From positions 29,326,001-29,390,000 of the forward strand of contig OZ024741.1 in the NCBI GenBank assembly GCA_964016885.1: 64,000 nucleotides of DNA. The letters are read 5' to 3'. The stretch's first letter is position 1. The number at the start of each line of letters is the position of its first letter. Origin of the DNA: Eledone cirrhosa (taxonomy: Eukaryota). The notes under the pieces were generated by a model that did not search any database, had not been told where the DNA came from, and was given only the letters and a program-made list of their open reading frames with translations. Positions 1 through 11,769 of this stretch are shown in pieces. The translations under genes were made by a program, and so were the position numbers.

Positions 1-630
1 GCTTAAAACGGATCACCTTTCTTTTTAAATAAAGACAGTAAATCAAACGACGATAATGTGAGTTCAAATAAAAGAACTGGTATCTAAATTAAGATGAAAG
101 AGTTTAAAGGGCAGTGTGTGTGGTGATATGAGACTATTTGCAAACATGAGAAAAATCTCATTGAGGTTTCGCTACATTAGTTTCCCGCCCATATCGATGC
201 AGGAACAGAGTTCTATTATAGAAGAGGTTGCGAAATCGGATTGCTAACGTACGCTTTGTGGGATCGTGACCTTTCTGGCTTCATGTAATCGAACCTTGAG
301 TTGTTCTTTCAAGTTGAAAAAACCAATGTCTATTCCTCAATTTGTCGGGAAGATAATACTAGGTTGATATCGAAGTAAAGCTATTGGCTTTTGTGTGCAA
401 TTCCAAGTAGAATGTCCATCTGCAACTGTTTGAGTTGCACGCCGAGTCTCGGGGCTTGCATTCTGAAAGCTATTCCGCTATATCAACACTAGTTGTGAGT
501 GAAAGGGACAGAACTATCTCGTTATATCACACATAAACCAATTTGCATATCTATGTTTTGTGTGAAAATACAATTTGGAAATGTTTGTGGCTATGTGTTA
601 GTGCATGTGCGCACATGTGTATACACATAT

Positions 631-811
631 AATTGTTTCTACTTTTGGCACAAGACCAGCAATTACCCAGTGCATTACTGGTACTTTATTTTATCGACCC
701 CGTAAGGATGAAAAGCAAAGTAAACCTCGGCGGGATTTGAACTCAGAATGGCAAGGACTGTAACTCTATGCGTCAAAGCATGGCGTCCAACCCTCTACAG
801 ATACTGCCAAT
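631..811 (-). mobile_element. tRNA-derived SINE (family S1)
   Basis: Homologous to 1091-1278. Minus-strand B box GTTCAAATCC, body GCTTTTCATCCTTACGGGGTCGATAAAATAAAGTACCAG, end GTGCCAAAAGTAGAAACAATT. Confidence 0.85.
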
Positions 812-1090
812 AATACATAAATTTCATGCACGAGATAATGAGCCCATCACCCTCTTCCCTTTGCCCCCCTTTCTCCTGTGGTCCAAGAGTCCTTGCCTTT
901 TTCCCTCCTTTACCTCTCATTTATAGCATTAATAGACCTTTCATCTTCTTTCCCATACAGCCAGATCTGCCCTTCTTTACTCCTTCCACTTTTTCTCATT
1001 ACTAAATTTTGTTTTTATCTGTTTTTCATATTTATGTAATTATTAATGGTTTTTAAGCCAACTTTGTGATATATTACAGTTATAAATAAT

Positions 1091-1278
1091 TGTTTCTACT
1101 TTTGGCACAAGGCCAGCAATTACCCAGTTTATTACTGGTACTTTATTTTTATCGACCCCGTAAGGATGAAAGGCAAAGTTAACCTCGGCAGGATTTGAAC
1201 TCAGACCATAAAGGACCGTAACTCTATGCTGCAAAGCATGGCGTCCGACTCTCTACCGATACTGCCAATCCACCGCCA
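1091..1278 (-). mobile_element. Full-length tRNA-derived SINE (S1) with target-site duplication
   Basis: Minus-strand A box TGGCAGTATCGG and B box GTTCAAATCC. Flanked by direct repeat TTACAGTTATAAATAAT (1074-1090 and 1279-1295). Confidence 0.9.
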
Positions 1279-2292
1279 TTACAGTTATAAATAATGAAGC
1301 TATAAAGAATAATAATAAAAAAAACATATATACATCTATTTGAAATATAACTGAAGGTTGAAGAAAAACAAAATATCAAATTGATTAAACTGCAAAACAT
1401 GAATGTGTGTGGAAGTTATAAAAAGGGAACAGCTAGAGTTCGTGATCGAAGGTTTGTTTTATAGGATGAAAAAACAGTTGTAAACAGTTAGAGTTCATAC
1501 AGTTCTTGTGTGCGTATGTGTGTGAGTGAGTGTGTGTATGTGTATGCGTGTGTGAGTGTGTGTGTGTGTGCGTGCGTGAGTGGTTTTTTGTGAATAACTG
1601 TTGTCGTTGCCATGGGCCAGAATTTGATTTTTTTGGTCTGCTTGTTGTTGTTGTAACGGAGTTTGGTATTGAAAACGTTCCTGTTATTGTTGTTGCCTCA
1701 TGGTGTTGTTGTTGTTGTCGTTATTGTTGTTGTTGTTGTTGCGGTGATATTGGCGTGGGGAAGACTATTTACTCCAATCACATTGATATTTATTTCCAAA
1801 TGAACAAAACACCGTTAAATTCATGTGTTTCTGGGTGGCTTAATTTATTTCAAATCACGTGCAGTAGAACAACAGAAATATATGTTTTTATATATGGTAC
1901 ACGTATAATTGTGGCGTGTTAAGTTGGTAGGAGTGTGTCTGTGAATATTGAATCTAAAATTCTATTAACCTTAGTTGATTGAGGTGGCTATGTGTAACCA
2001 GAACAGCCGACCACAACAGTCAGAACTGCCCGACCAGCTTGGAAGCGGGCGAGTCAGGCTGACTGTACTGAGTGGGGTTAAAGTGTTTTGTACATATAAT
2101 GACAGCATCACCAGAAACATAAAACAGATGGCCTTTCCTTTTAAACAAAAACAGTAAATCGAACGAAAACAATGCGAACTCAAACGAAGGAATTATCTAA
2201 TTTAGGCGGACTGTGTTTAAAGGTCATATGTGTTAATATGTGACTATTTGAGAACATGGGAACAATCTCATTGCAGTTTCGCTACACACACG

Positions 2293-2415
<123 letters not shown>

Positions 2416-2421
2416 ACACAT

Positions 2422-2501
<80 letters not shown>

Positions 2502-2508
<7 letters not shown>

Positions 2509-3422
2509 GACGTAAAATAAGAAAATTATAAAAATTAACTTACTAAAATTTCACCCCAACTAATTACTTTCTGAAAGGGAATAAACATTAGTTTCTGAAA
2601 GGGAATAAACATGGTTTCCGAAGAAACGCACGGAGAGATCCTTTCGTCATCAGGGAAGTCTATTCTCAGCTAAGTTTCCAGACAATGCGTGGACACAGGG
2701 AACTCATACACAAATAATTCACTGGATGTAAGTAAGTAAGTTAATTTTTATAATTTTCTTATTTTACGTCTTTCATATTATTGTTCTGCATCCTCTTGCA
2801 TTGAACCACAAAGTTACTAAGACAAAACCAATATATTTGCTAGCATAGGTATGCATCTGTATATATATGTTAGTAGATATACTAATTCTTTATAATTATC
2901 TCCAAATAATTTTGTTGAGCAAAAATTTGCCAAAGCTGCTACTATAGCTCATAGTAATGGTTCGGCTGCTGTCTTCTTAACACACCACTCCTCACTGATT
3001 AACCTCGATGTCACGTGATTGATTCTTTTGAATTTGCCACCGACCGAGTAGGCAGTGATTTCTTCAATGTCTTGGAACTTAGTCCACGCTTTGCTTTTTT
3101 CCATCCACTGAATTATTTTTGTATAAGTTCCCTGTGTCCACGCATTGTCCGGAAACCTAGCTGAGAATAGACTTCCCTGATGACGAAAGGATTTCTCCGT
3201 GCGTTTCTTCGGAAACCATGTTTATTCCCTTTCAGAAACTAATTAGTTGGAGTGAAATTTTAGTAAGTAAGTTAATTTTTATAATTTTCTTATTTTACGT
3301 CTTTCATATTATTGTTCTGCATCCTCTTGCATTGAACCACAAAGTTACTAAGACAAAACCAATATATTTGCTAGCATAGGTATGCATCTGTATATATATA
3401 TTAGTAAATATACTAATTCTTT
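2502..3422. mobile_element. Non-coding (TA)n-inserted element, family A (partial tandem plus inverted segment), with atypical HHR core
   Basis: Direct repeat with ~535-bp period (2730 vs 3265) and inverted segment 2502-2730. Homologous to 27290-28140 and 57212-57806. CTGATGA...GAAA core at ~3177-3215. (TA)n on both sides. Confidence 0.8.
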
Positions 3423-3458
3423 ATATATATATATATAGATATATATATATATATATAT

Positions 3459-3635
3459 AACGAAGGCAGTGGGGTAAGGAGCCAGATGGACCATAAGGCA
3501 CCAGAGTACTCAATACTTAGGGTAGTAGAGTGGGTAATAGGAAAACATTCAAGACCCCGAAGGCTATTTCTGTACTCAGAAATAGCCGTCGAAACGGCTT
3601 GAGCTCTGCCGTCGGGGTTTTGAACGTTTTCCTAT
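3459..3635. mobile_element. Short fold-back PLE-terminus stub, family D
   Basis: ATAGGAAAACATTCAAGACCCCGA is inverted against TCGGGGTTTTGAACGTTTTCCTAT. Homologous stubs at 10020, 18672, 25500, 29474 and 36455. Confidence 0.7.
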
Positions 3636-3639
3636 ATAT

Positions 3640-4092
3640 ATATAAGTATGTATGTACACGTACATACATATTTGTATACAGACGTACAGTAGTATGTATA
3701 TATATACATACATGCACACATATATAAATGCACGTATCGTTTTACCGAACATTTATTATAATGCTCGGTTTGTTTGTTTGTAAACAAACAAACAGCCCGA
3801 ATTACACCGTACAGTGTTTAGGCAACCACGTCACCTTTTTGTTCAACACTGACACAGGAAAGATGTACTAGTTTCAAGCTTATTAGCTATCGTCAGCATC
3901 GTAGACATTCCTGCCAGATGGTTGAACGTCTGAAAGTATATAATTTCCTTATGCATATTAACGGCTGAGCAGCCTAATTTGCATATCGAGTGCGCTCAGT
4001 CGGTCGGGCGCACCGAAAACGATAAATGGAATAGAATGAAGTAAGTGCCGTACTAAGAGTGAGAATGAAATTTCGTTTCTTTCTATTCCATA
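3640..4092 (-). mobile_element. Retrozyme-like non-autonomous element, family B
   Basis: About 450-bp non-coding unit in (TA)n with a short terminal inversion (4041-4090) and a minimal HHR. Copies at 25820, 28700 and 39972. Confidence 0.8.
3862..3900 (-). ncRNA. Minimal type I hammerhead ribozyme (family B)
   Basis: Minus strand reads GATG CTGACGA tAGCTaataAGCTt GAAA CTAG TA CATC: stem I GATG/CATC, palindromic CTAG in place of stem III. Confidence 0.85.
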
Positions 4093-4104
4093 TATATATA
4101 TACA

Positions 4105-5203
4105 TGATAATCAAAAGCTCACACTCAGGAAAGTTGCCCAGCAATACAGCAGCGAATGAAAAACTGCATGCTTATCAGCAAAAAGTTATGCATAGGAATG
4201 TTGCCAGGAACTCCAGAGTGAGAGTAATATAGATAAGGAAAGTAGTCTATCTTGGACAACAACCGCTATATTGGCTCCCACTTTCAAGAATACGCTTTTG
4301 CAATCCAAGAACAGGAAATGAACATGAAATACCTGTTTCACAAAAGAGATAAGGATGCAGGCAAAACACCTAGATGTGATAACAAATGCAGACTCTGCAG
4401 AATTAACATCGAAGATTTCACCCATGCCATAAGCAGCTGTCAAAAGATGTCATCACGGTACTATCTACCCATGAGGCATGATGTGGCCAACACACTATAC
4501 AATGCAATCCGTAGAAAAGGTAGCCCCGATAATAAACACATTAAAACTACAACAATGTGGAAGACATACATATACATAATATGAAAGAGTACTGGTGGAA
4601 TGTTCCAGTAAAAACCCCAATAAAATGTAGGCTTAACAGACCAGATATTATGATATGGGACAGGGAGAAGAAGGCATGCACAGTAGTGGAAATTAGCTGC
4701 CCAGCAGATGCCAATATAATATCAAAGATTAGTGAAAAGGAGAATATTTATGCAGAACTAATGAGAAATCTGCAGATACTCCACCCTGATTACACCTTCA
4801 GATTTATGCCTGTGATTATTGGGGCACTGGGATATGTTAGTAACTGCCTCAATACAAATCTTGAGAAGCTGGGCTTCACCGAAACACAAAGAACACGACT
4901 AGTTAGGAAATTGCAAGTACAATCCATTAATGGCATAATTAATATATATAAAACATTCCAAAAATTCTGCATCTAATTACTGCATATACACATGTACAGA
5001 TACAAAGCATATGCACATACACACATATAACTAAAATCATCCACATCCACACATACAATAACATCCATAACTGCACACACACGCATGCATGAATAATCTA
5101 CCTAGTTGATGTGTAAATTTTAATGAGAGAGCCTTGTGTCTATGTTAGAACCGACTCTCTCTCTATTGGAAAGCATTTGTGAAATTATAAAACCAGAAGA
5201 ACG
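4105..5203 (+). mobile_element. Dong/R4-type non-LTR retrotransposon, 5'-truncated (CCHC + RLE endonuclease)
   Basis: ORFs 4252-4584 and 4557-4976: CRLCRINIEDFTHAISSC knuckle, RHD, NRPDIMIWD, VVEISCP. Frameshifted. The 3' end abuts (CATA)n. Confidence 0.9.
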
Positions 5204-5229
5204 TACATACATACATACATACATACATA

Positions 5230-5347
5230 CATGATGATGGCTGCCCCCTCGTTATCGAGTATGGCCATTGCACGAGAAGAAAAAAAAAAAAAAATAAATA
5301 AAATAAAATAATAATAATAATAATAATAAATAAAAAAAAAAAGAAAA

Positions 5348-5392
<45 letters not shown>

Positions 5393-8110
5393 CATACATA
5401 TATACATACACACATACATACACATACACATACACACACATATACACACACACACACATACATTAATAACAATAATAATAATAATAATAATAATATGTGA
5501 CCCAGGTCTCGCAGGCATAAAGAAGACAAGAGAGTACACATGCCCTGTACACCTTTACCTTTGTCCTCCTGCATATGTCTCGCCGACCCCAGAGTCGCCT
5601 TTCTAGCTTTCCGAAAGCATCACTTGCTTTCCTAATCCTAAGTGAGATTTCACCGTCAAGGTTGCCGTATCGATTGACAGGTAGACAAACTGATCAACCA
5701 CTCCAAGTCGTTTGCCATACACATAGATGTTTGGTTCAGTGTACTGCTTACTAGGGGCAGGTTGGTACATGACGACGGTTTTCTTGAGACTGACAGTCAA
5801 ACCCAGGGCAGTGCAAGCGTCAGAAAATGCATTCAAAATGTGCTGCATATCACTCTCTGTGTGCGCTACAAGATCGCAATCATCTGCATACAAGAGGTCT
5901 CTTATGATTGATGTAAATACTTTTGTCTTCGCAGCAAAGCGCCTGATGTTAAATTTGCTGCCTGAGGTTCGATATCGGATGTAAACACCATGCTCGCAAT
6001 TCCTGAATGCAATACAGAAAACCATTGCAAAGTATATGGCAAACAGGGTCGGTGTTGGAATATCCCCCTGTTTCACTCCATTTTTTACTGAGATAGGCTC
6101 CGACATGTTACCTCCGACATTAACCCAAGCCTTCATGTCGTCATGTAAAGACCTAACTAAAGCAAGGAACTTATCAGGGCAACCAAGTTTCTGGAGAACC
6201 TTCCATAATGCCTCTCTGTTGACAGTATCGAAAGCCTTTGTCAGATCGACAAAAACCTGATACAGATCCAAGCCTTGTGCAATGCACTTCTCCTGGAGCT
6301 GTCTAGCTGAGAAGATCATATCAGTAGTGTCGCGTCCAGCACGAAAACCAGATTGACTTTCAGGAAGAACACAATCTGCAATGTGTGTCAGCAGACGGTC
6401 CAGAAGCACCCTACATAAAACTTTCCCTACGACAGAAAGCAATGATATACCTCTGTAGTTCCCACAATCATTCCTGTTACCCTTTCCATTGTACAAGACC
6501 ACCATTACTGCATCTCTCCAGTCATCAGGTACGGATTCATATCCTTCCAAACAAAGAGTGCAGATGTTGCAGGAGTCTCTCACCACTATATTGTAGGAGC
6601 TCAGCATGTATGCCATCCATACCTGGAGATCTTCCACTGTTCAGCTTCGAAATAGCCACTGCAACCTCCACAAGCGTCGGAGGTTCTGCGAGAGCTACTT
6701 TCAAAGGAATTTCTGGAATGAGATTGAGGAAATCTTCACTGACGACAGACGGCTGATTCAAAAGATCATCAAAGTGCTCTCACAACCTTCGTAGAATTCC
6801 CTGTGAGTCACGAAGAAGTTCTTTGCCATCGTTGCTGCGAAGCGGTGTCACCAGAAAAGAAGACGGTCCATAAACCTCACGCAAGAGATTGTACAACAGC
6901 TTTGTGTTATTGGAATCAGACGCAGTTTGTATCTCACCAGCCTTCTCACTCCACCACTGATCCTTCATCTGAGAAAGACTCCGCCTAACACGTGAGTTTA
7001 CATCCCTGAGTTCCTCATGCAACGTATTCCTCTCCTGTGGTTTTGCCGTCAAGTAGCGTGACAGAGCACGCCTCTTATCAGCCAACAAGTCTTCTATATG
7101 TACATCCTTCTCATCAAACCAGTCCTGATGTTTTCTCTGCACCAATCCCAGAACACGCCTGCCTGCATCATAAACCGACTTTTTAAGGGTCGACCAATCC
7201 TCACCAAGATCTGCAGCCTGCATCTCTTCTTCCAATGTCCTCTTCACATTTTTATCCTTAAGACGAGCAGCATTCAATCTTTTGGGCAGGGCAACACCAG
7301 GAGCCCGGATTTTACGTTTGGTGATTAGTTTCACTTTTGCGCGTACCAGGCGGTGGTCCGTCCAGCACTCAGCTCCACGAAGAACACGAACGCACTGCAC
7401 ATCCTGTCTGTCACGCATCCTGACTAGGACGTAGTCCAAAAGATGCCATTCCTTAGATGCAGGATGCATCCATGTGGTCTTGAATTTGTTCTTTTGTTGG
7501 AACATGGTGTTGGTAACACACAGATCCAGCTCCTCACACATCTGCAGCAGGAGCATACCATTGCTGTTACACTTTCCCACCCCATGCCTTCCGATTACAT
7601 TCCGTGTGTTAAAATCCCTACCCACTCTAGCATTAAAGTCACCAAGCACGATGACTTTGTCTGCCTGAGGGATATTTCTTAGAACACCTTTCAACGCATG
7701 GTAAAAGGACACTTTTCCTCATTGACAGAACTCATAGTTGGAGTATACACACTCACCAGGGTAGCATATCTTCCCTTGTCCAGCGGAACTCTCATGGACA
7801 TAAGACGCTCACTATTAATAATTATTAATGCACTCGTGCAATGCCTGTGCGTGACGAATATTTTTAAAGTGAGGAAAGACTGTGCACAGAGCCAATCCCA
7901 CTCTCTGAGCGACAGTAGCTATAACCCGAAACGAAGAAAAGATTAACATCATCGGTAACTACGGAGCCGCAGGTTTTATATCGGTGTTAACCCAGTTTCC
8001 TGAGATGCCTTCTCCTAGAAGAATGCCCTGACAAGGGTTAGGGGTTCTTCACTCCCAGTGGTTTAACTGCGCGATAGGGCATCCAGCCCGATTATTTCTA
8101 TGTCCCCGCG
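5230..8110 (-). mobile_element. RTE-clade LINE, internally deleted copy
   Basis: ORFs 6780-7712 (APE: LGDFNARVG, LDYVLV, TDHRLV) and 5603-6637 (RT: NYRGISLL, FVDLTKAFD, GVKQGD, LYADD). Near-identical to 44825-49320 but missing the equivalents of ~45125-45630 and ~47975-48865. Confidence 0.95.
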
Positions 8111-8384
8111 CGCAAAAAAAAAACAAAAAAAACTCACTTATTGACACTTATACGTACGACATACACACACACGCATACATATGCGCGCACACAGCAACAC
8201 ATACATACAAACAAACACACACACACGCTACTCTACTCACTTACACACACATATATATATATATTACCGTCATTACTGATACAAGATTACAAGATTATGT
8301 CAACTGTTGACTTTCAAGAGTTTGTATAGTTGAAGCCGATCGTATTACAGTCCAGTATTATTATAATTGCTTTACAGCATAGAG

Positions 8385-8520
8385 TTATGGCTTTCCACGC
8401 TCTGAGCTTAAATCCTGCCGAGATCAACCTTGTCCTTCATCCCCACGGAGTCAACAAAAGAGAGTACCAGTGATGCGGTGGTCCAGTCGCTGGATCCGTG
8501 CCAAAAGCAGGAAAATTATT
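8385..8520 (+). mobile_element. Older S1-related SINE remnant
   Basis: CTGAGCTTAAATCCTGCCGAGATCAACCTTGTCCTTCATCCCCACGGAGTC...GTGCCAAAAGCAG. Reverse complement of 44408-44555. Confidence 0.75.
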
Positions 8521-8807
8521 ATTAAAGTTGTTTTCTTAAGGCCCGGTCGCTGGTGATGGTGATGGCGGCGGCGGTGGCGGCGGTGGTGGCAGTTGATGTT
8601 GTTGTGTGCGTGTGTGTTTTGTTATTTTGAGTTTTTTTTTTTTTCATACATACATACATACATGCATACATACATACATGCATACATACATACATACATG
8701 CATACATACATACATACATACATACATACATACATACATACATACATGCATACATACATACATACATACATGCATACATACATACATACATACATACATA
8801 CACATAG

Positions 8808-8948
8808 TGAGAGCGCATGGCTTAGTGGTTAGAGCATTGGACTTGCAAGGTTGTAAATTCAATTCTCGGACCGAGTGATGTGGTGTTTCCTTGAGCAAGA
8901 CACTTTATTTCACGTTTCTCCAGTTTACTCAGCTGTAGAAATGAGATG
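8808..8948 (+). mobile_element. tRNA-derived CORE-like SINE (S2)
   Basis: A box TGGCTTAGTGG. The segment CCTTGAGCAAGACACTTTA...CAGTTTACTCAGCTGTAGAAATGAG resembles the CORE domain. Confidence 0.75.
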
Positions 8949-9041
8949 ATAGGACTGGGGTCCCTATCATTAAATCCCCAAGACACCTCCAACGAGATAT
9001 ACCTTGGAGGAGGTCATCTGAACCTGCATAGGTGTGAGCTA

Positions 9042-9134
<93 letters not shown>

Positions 9135-9540
9135 CTAAGATAAGGTCTGCAATGCTGTTTATGTCTACTGCGAAGTTTTCATTCACTAATTTTTATTCTA
9201 GAAGTGTATGGATAAAAATATGGCAACGTCAGTCGAGTGGCTTTTAATGTTATGTCAGTAGGACAACTTACACGTTCTTTTGTCGAATGAATTATCTTCA
9301 GATATGTTGGAAATATATTTCATTGAACGTGACATCTAGACTATTAGCTTTGGTCGAGTTAGTTTCTATGGTGATCTTGAATATGTGTTTCTGAAAAAGA
9401 TAAGAACTTCATTAAAAATATTCTCTCTATAATTTTTATGTCGCAATCATTAACATGCAAGCAGCTATTTTTCTCGATACGATTGTCAATTGAAACGTTC
9501 ATAGGCTAAGATATTCCCATAGACTTACTAAATAAGGTTT

Positions 9541-9790
9541 ATTTCTCAACATAGTCCCTAGAAACTGAAAACAATGTAGTTATTAATAAGAAGAAATGAA
9601 ATTAATGCATACACGATTTCACAACCCTAGCATCACTCCCTCATAGGCAGACCAGGACACTCCCATGAAACGACCAAATATGATATATTTTTCAACATAT
9701 TCCCTGGAAAGAAAAATGTAGTTATTAATAAGAAGAGTTGAATTAATGCAAGGTTTCACAGCTCTAACTTTACTCCTTCATAGTCAGCCT
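9541..9790 (+). repeat. Diverged tandem duplication (~147-bp period)
   Basis: TCAACATA.TCCCT.GAAA...AATGTAGTTATTAATAAGAAGA..TGAA.TTAATGCA occurs at ~9546 and ~9692. Confidence 0.75.
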
Positions 9791-9827
9791 ATGAACTTTT
9801 CAGCTCAGATTTTATATATATATATAT

Positions 9828-10145
9828 GTAAAAGTAATAACAAAAATAACAAAACAAACGGCAAAGTAAATGGAAGAAATATATTAGTTTAACGCTTGAA
9901 ATAGAAGGAAGAGAGTCTTAACGTTTCGAACACTAGTCCTTTATCAGAAGATAGATTTGGGAATAGAGGATAAATAGAAAGTAAAGAGTGATGAGAAGAA
10001 TGAACGGGGAAAATGAAAGAGTCGGGGCCCGATGGCTGAGCTCTTGCCGTTTCAACAGCTAGTTTCAGTCAGAAACTAGCTATTGAAACGACAAGAGCTC
10101 AGACCTTGGGCTCCAGCTTTTTCTATCCTAAGTTTCGAGTACTTG
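9828..10145 (-). mobile_element. PLE-terminus stub (family E) with degenerate HHR, joined to a D-like hairpin
   Basis: 9916-9951 minus strand: TCTT CTGATAA aGGACtagtGTTC GAAA CG TT AAGA. Homologous to 18458-18630 and 59730-59800. Confidence 0.6.
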
Positions 10146-10559
10146 ATATATATACTTATATATATATATATGAGAGGATGTTTGTATGAATGTATGTATA
10201 TATATATATGTACACACATTTATAAATGTATGTATGTAATTGAAACATATATTTCAAACGTATGTGTAACATGTCAAGAAATAAGACAACCAAATCTAGA
10301 CGTTACAATTTATAAAAAAAAAAAAATATGGAAAAAGCTATCAGAGAATTTTAAAAACGACGCCACACAAATATTGAAAAAACGTAGAAAACAATATTAA
10401 AAACATTTAGAGTGAAAAACAATGGAATTGTTAAAAGGAATTTAAAGACAAATAATCAACGATAACAGAATTTACTTGAAATTGTTTTCTTTTATTCCGA
10501 GGAAAGTACTTTAAAATATTGTTTGATCTGTTTACCCCCCCCCCCCCCCCCCACACACG

Positions 10560-10598
<39 letters not shown>

Positions 10599-10842
10599 TA
10601 GATGTTGGTTTAACAATGATAATAACAACGAAGGCAGGCAAGTTATTTTACATATTCATTTCATTGTTTTACGATCGTTTCAGAGGGTTTATCTTATTGA
10701 TATATAGACATATCTATAGCTGTTAGAGAACTGTATACTATCAGACATTACTTGCCAACGGGTTATATTGAGTTCTAACTACAGTATAGACCCTACCACG
10801 AAAGGTAGACCACATTGTGTGTATATATATATATATATATAT

Positions 10843-11072
10843 ATGAAAAAATGTTGTCCTTCATCAGTGATCTTCCAACTATCATAGGCATTTCATCGCT
10901 TTAAAGACCATATACCTCCGGTTGGTGCAAGCAACGGCTAAAAAAAGTCGTTGGGGTGTCCGAACGACTTTTTTTAGCCGTTGCTCGCACCAACCGGAGG
11001 TATATCGTCTTTAAAGCGATGTGTGCCTATGATAGTTGGAAGATCACTGATGAAGGACAAATTTTTTCATAT
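10843..11072. repeat. Near-perfect ~230-bp palindrome (family C fold-back) in (TA)n
   Basis: Arms of ~108 bp centred on ~10953-10960. A further arm copy lies at 28585-28685. Confidence 0.9.
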
Positions 11073-11127
11073 GTAACCCATTTTCAACTCCGCAGCGCCC
11101 TTAGTATCATATATATATATATATACT

Positions 11128-11536
11128 TGGCATAAACAGTTATCGTTATAGGTAATCCAGTTAGAGGCTGTGAGTACTCCGTGTCGTGGATAGTTTTTAC
11201 GTGGGACTTTGTTTAACTCAACAAGATGTTTCCATCGTTAGGCAGCGAGTTCGCGGTAATTCCTATGTAGGTTATACTTGCAGTAATAATAGTGACAGAT
11301 TTAAGAGTAACATGGTTGGCAATACAAGAAGGACCTTTATTTCAGGTATTAACAATTGTTTCATTGATCAGGTGAGTCTAGATGTCGCTAATCGCTCAAA
11401 GCTGCGTCACTCGACCTCCAATATAATTCGAGCGATTAGCGGCCTCTAGACTCACCTGATCAATGAAACAATTGTTAATACCTGAAATAAAGCCCCAAGT
11501 TGTACAGCCGACCATGTTACTCTTCAATCTTTCACT
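11128..11536. mobile_element. Fold-back element, family F
   Basis: 11313-11397 is inverted against 11429-11535. Homologous to 63636-63915. (TA)n flanks. Confidence 0.7.
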
Positions 11537-11562
11537 ATATATATATATGAAACGAAACTACA

Positions 11563-11633
<71 letters not shown>

Positions 11634-11769
11634 CATATATATATATATATATGTATGTAGTACATATATATATTCATATATATATATATAGTAATAATAA
11701 TAAATTTGAAGACTAAAATCCAAAGAGGCCTCGATAAGGATAAATATATATCAAATATATAAGAACCGT

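Noticed and set aside
1091-1278. tRNA gene suggested by A/B boxes
   Set aside because: No cloverleaf. It is multi-copy with TSDs, hence a SINE.
3977-3984. Octamer ATTTGCAT in families B and H as a promoter element
   Set aside because: Most occurrences are copies of the same repeats, and the AT-rich 8-mer is expected by chance. No supporting elements were seen.
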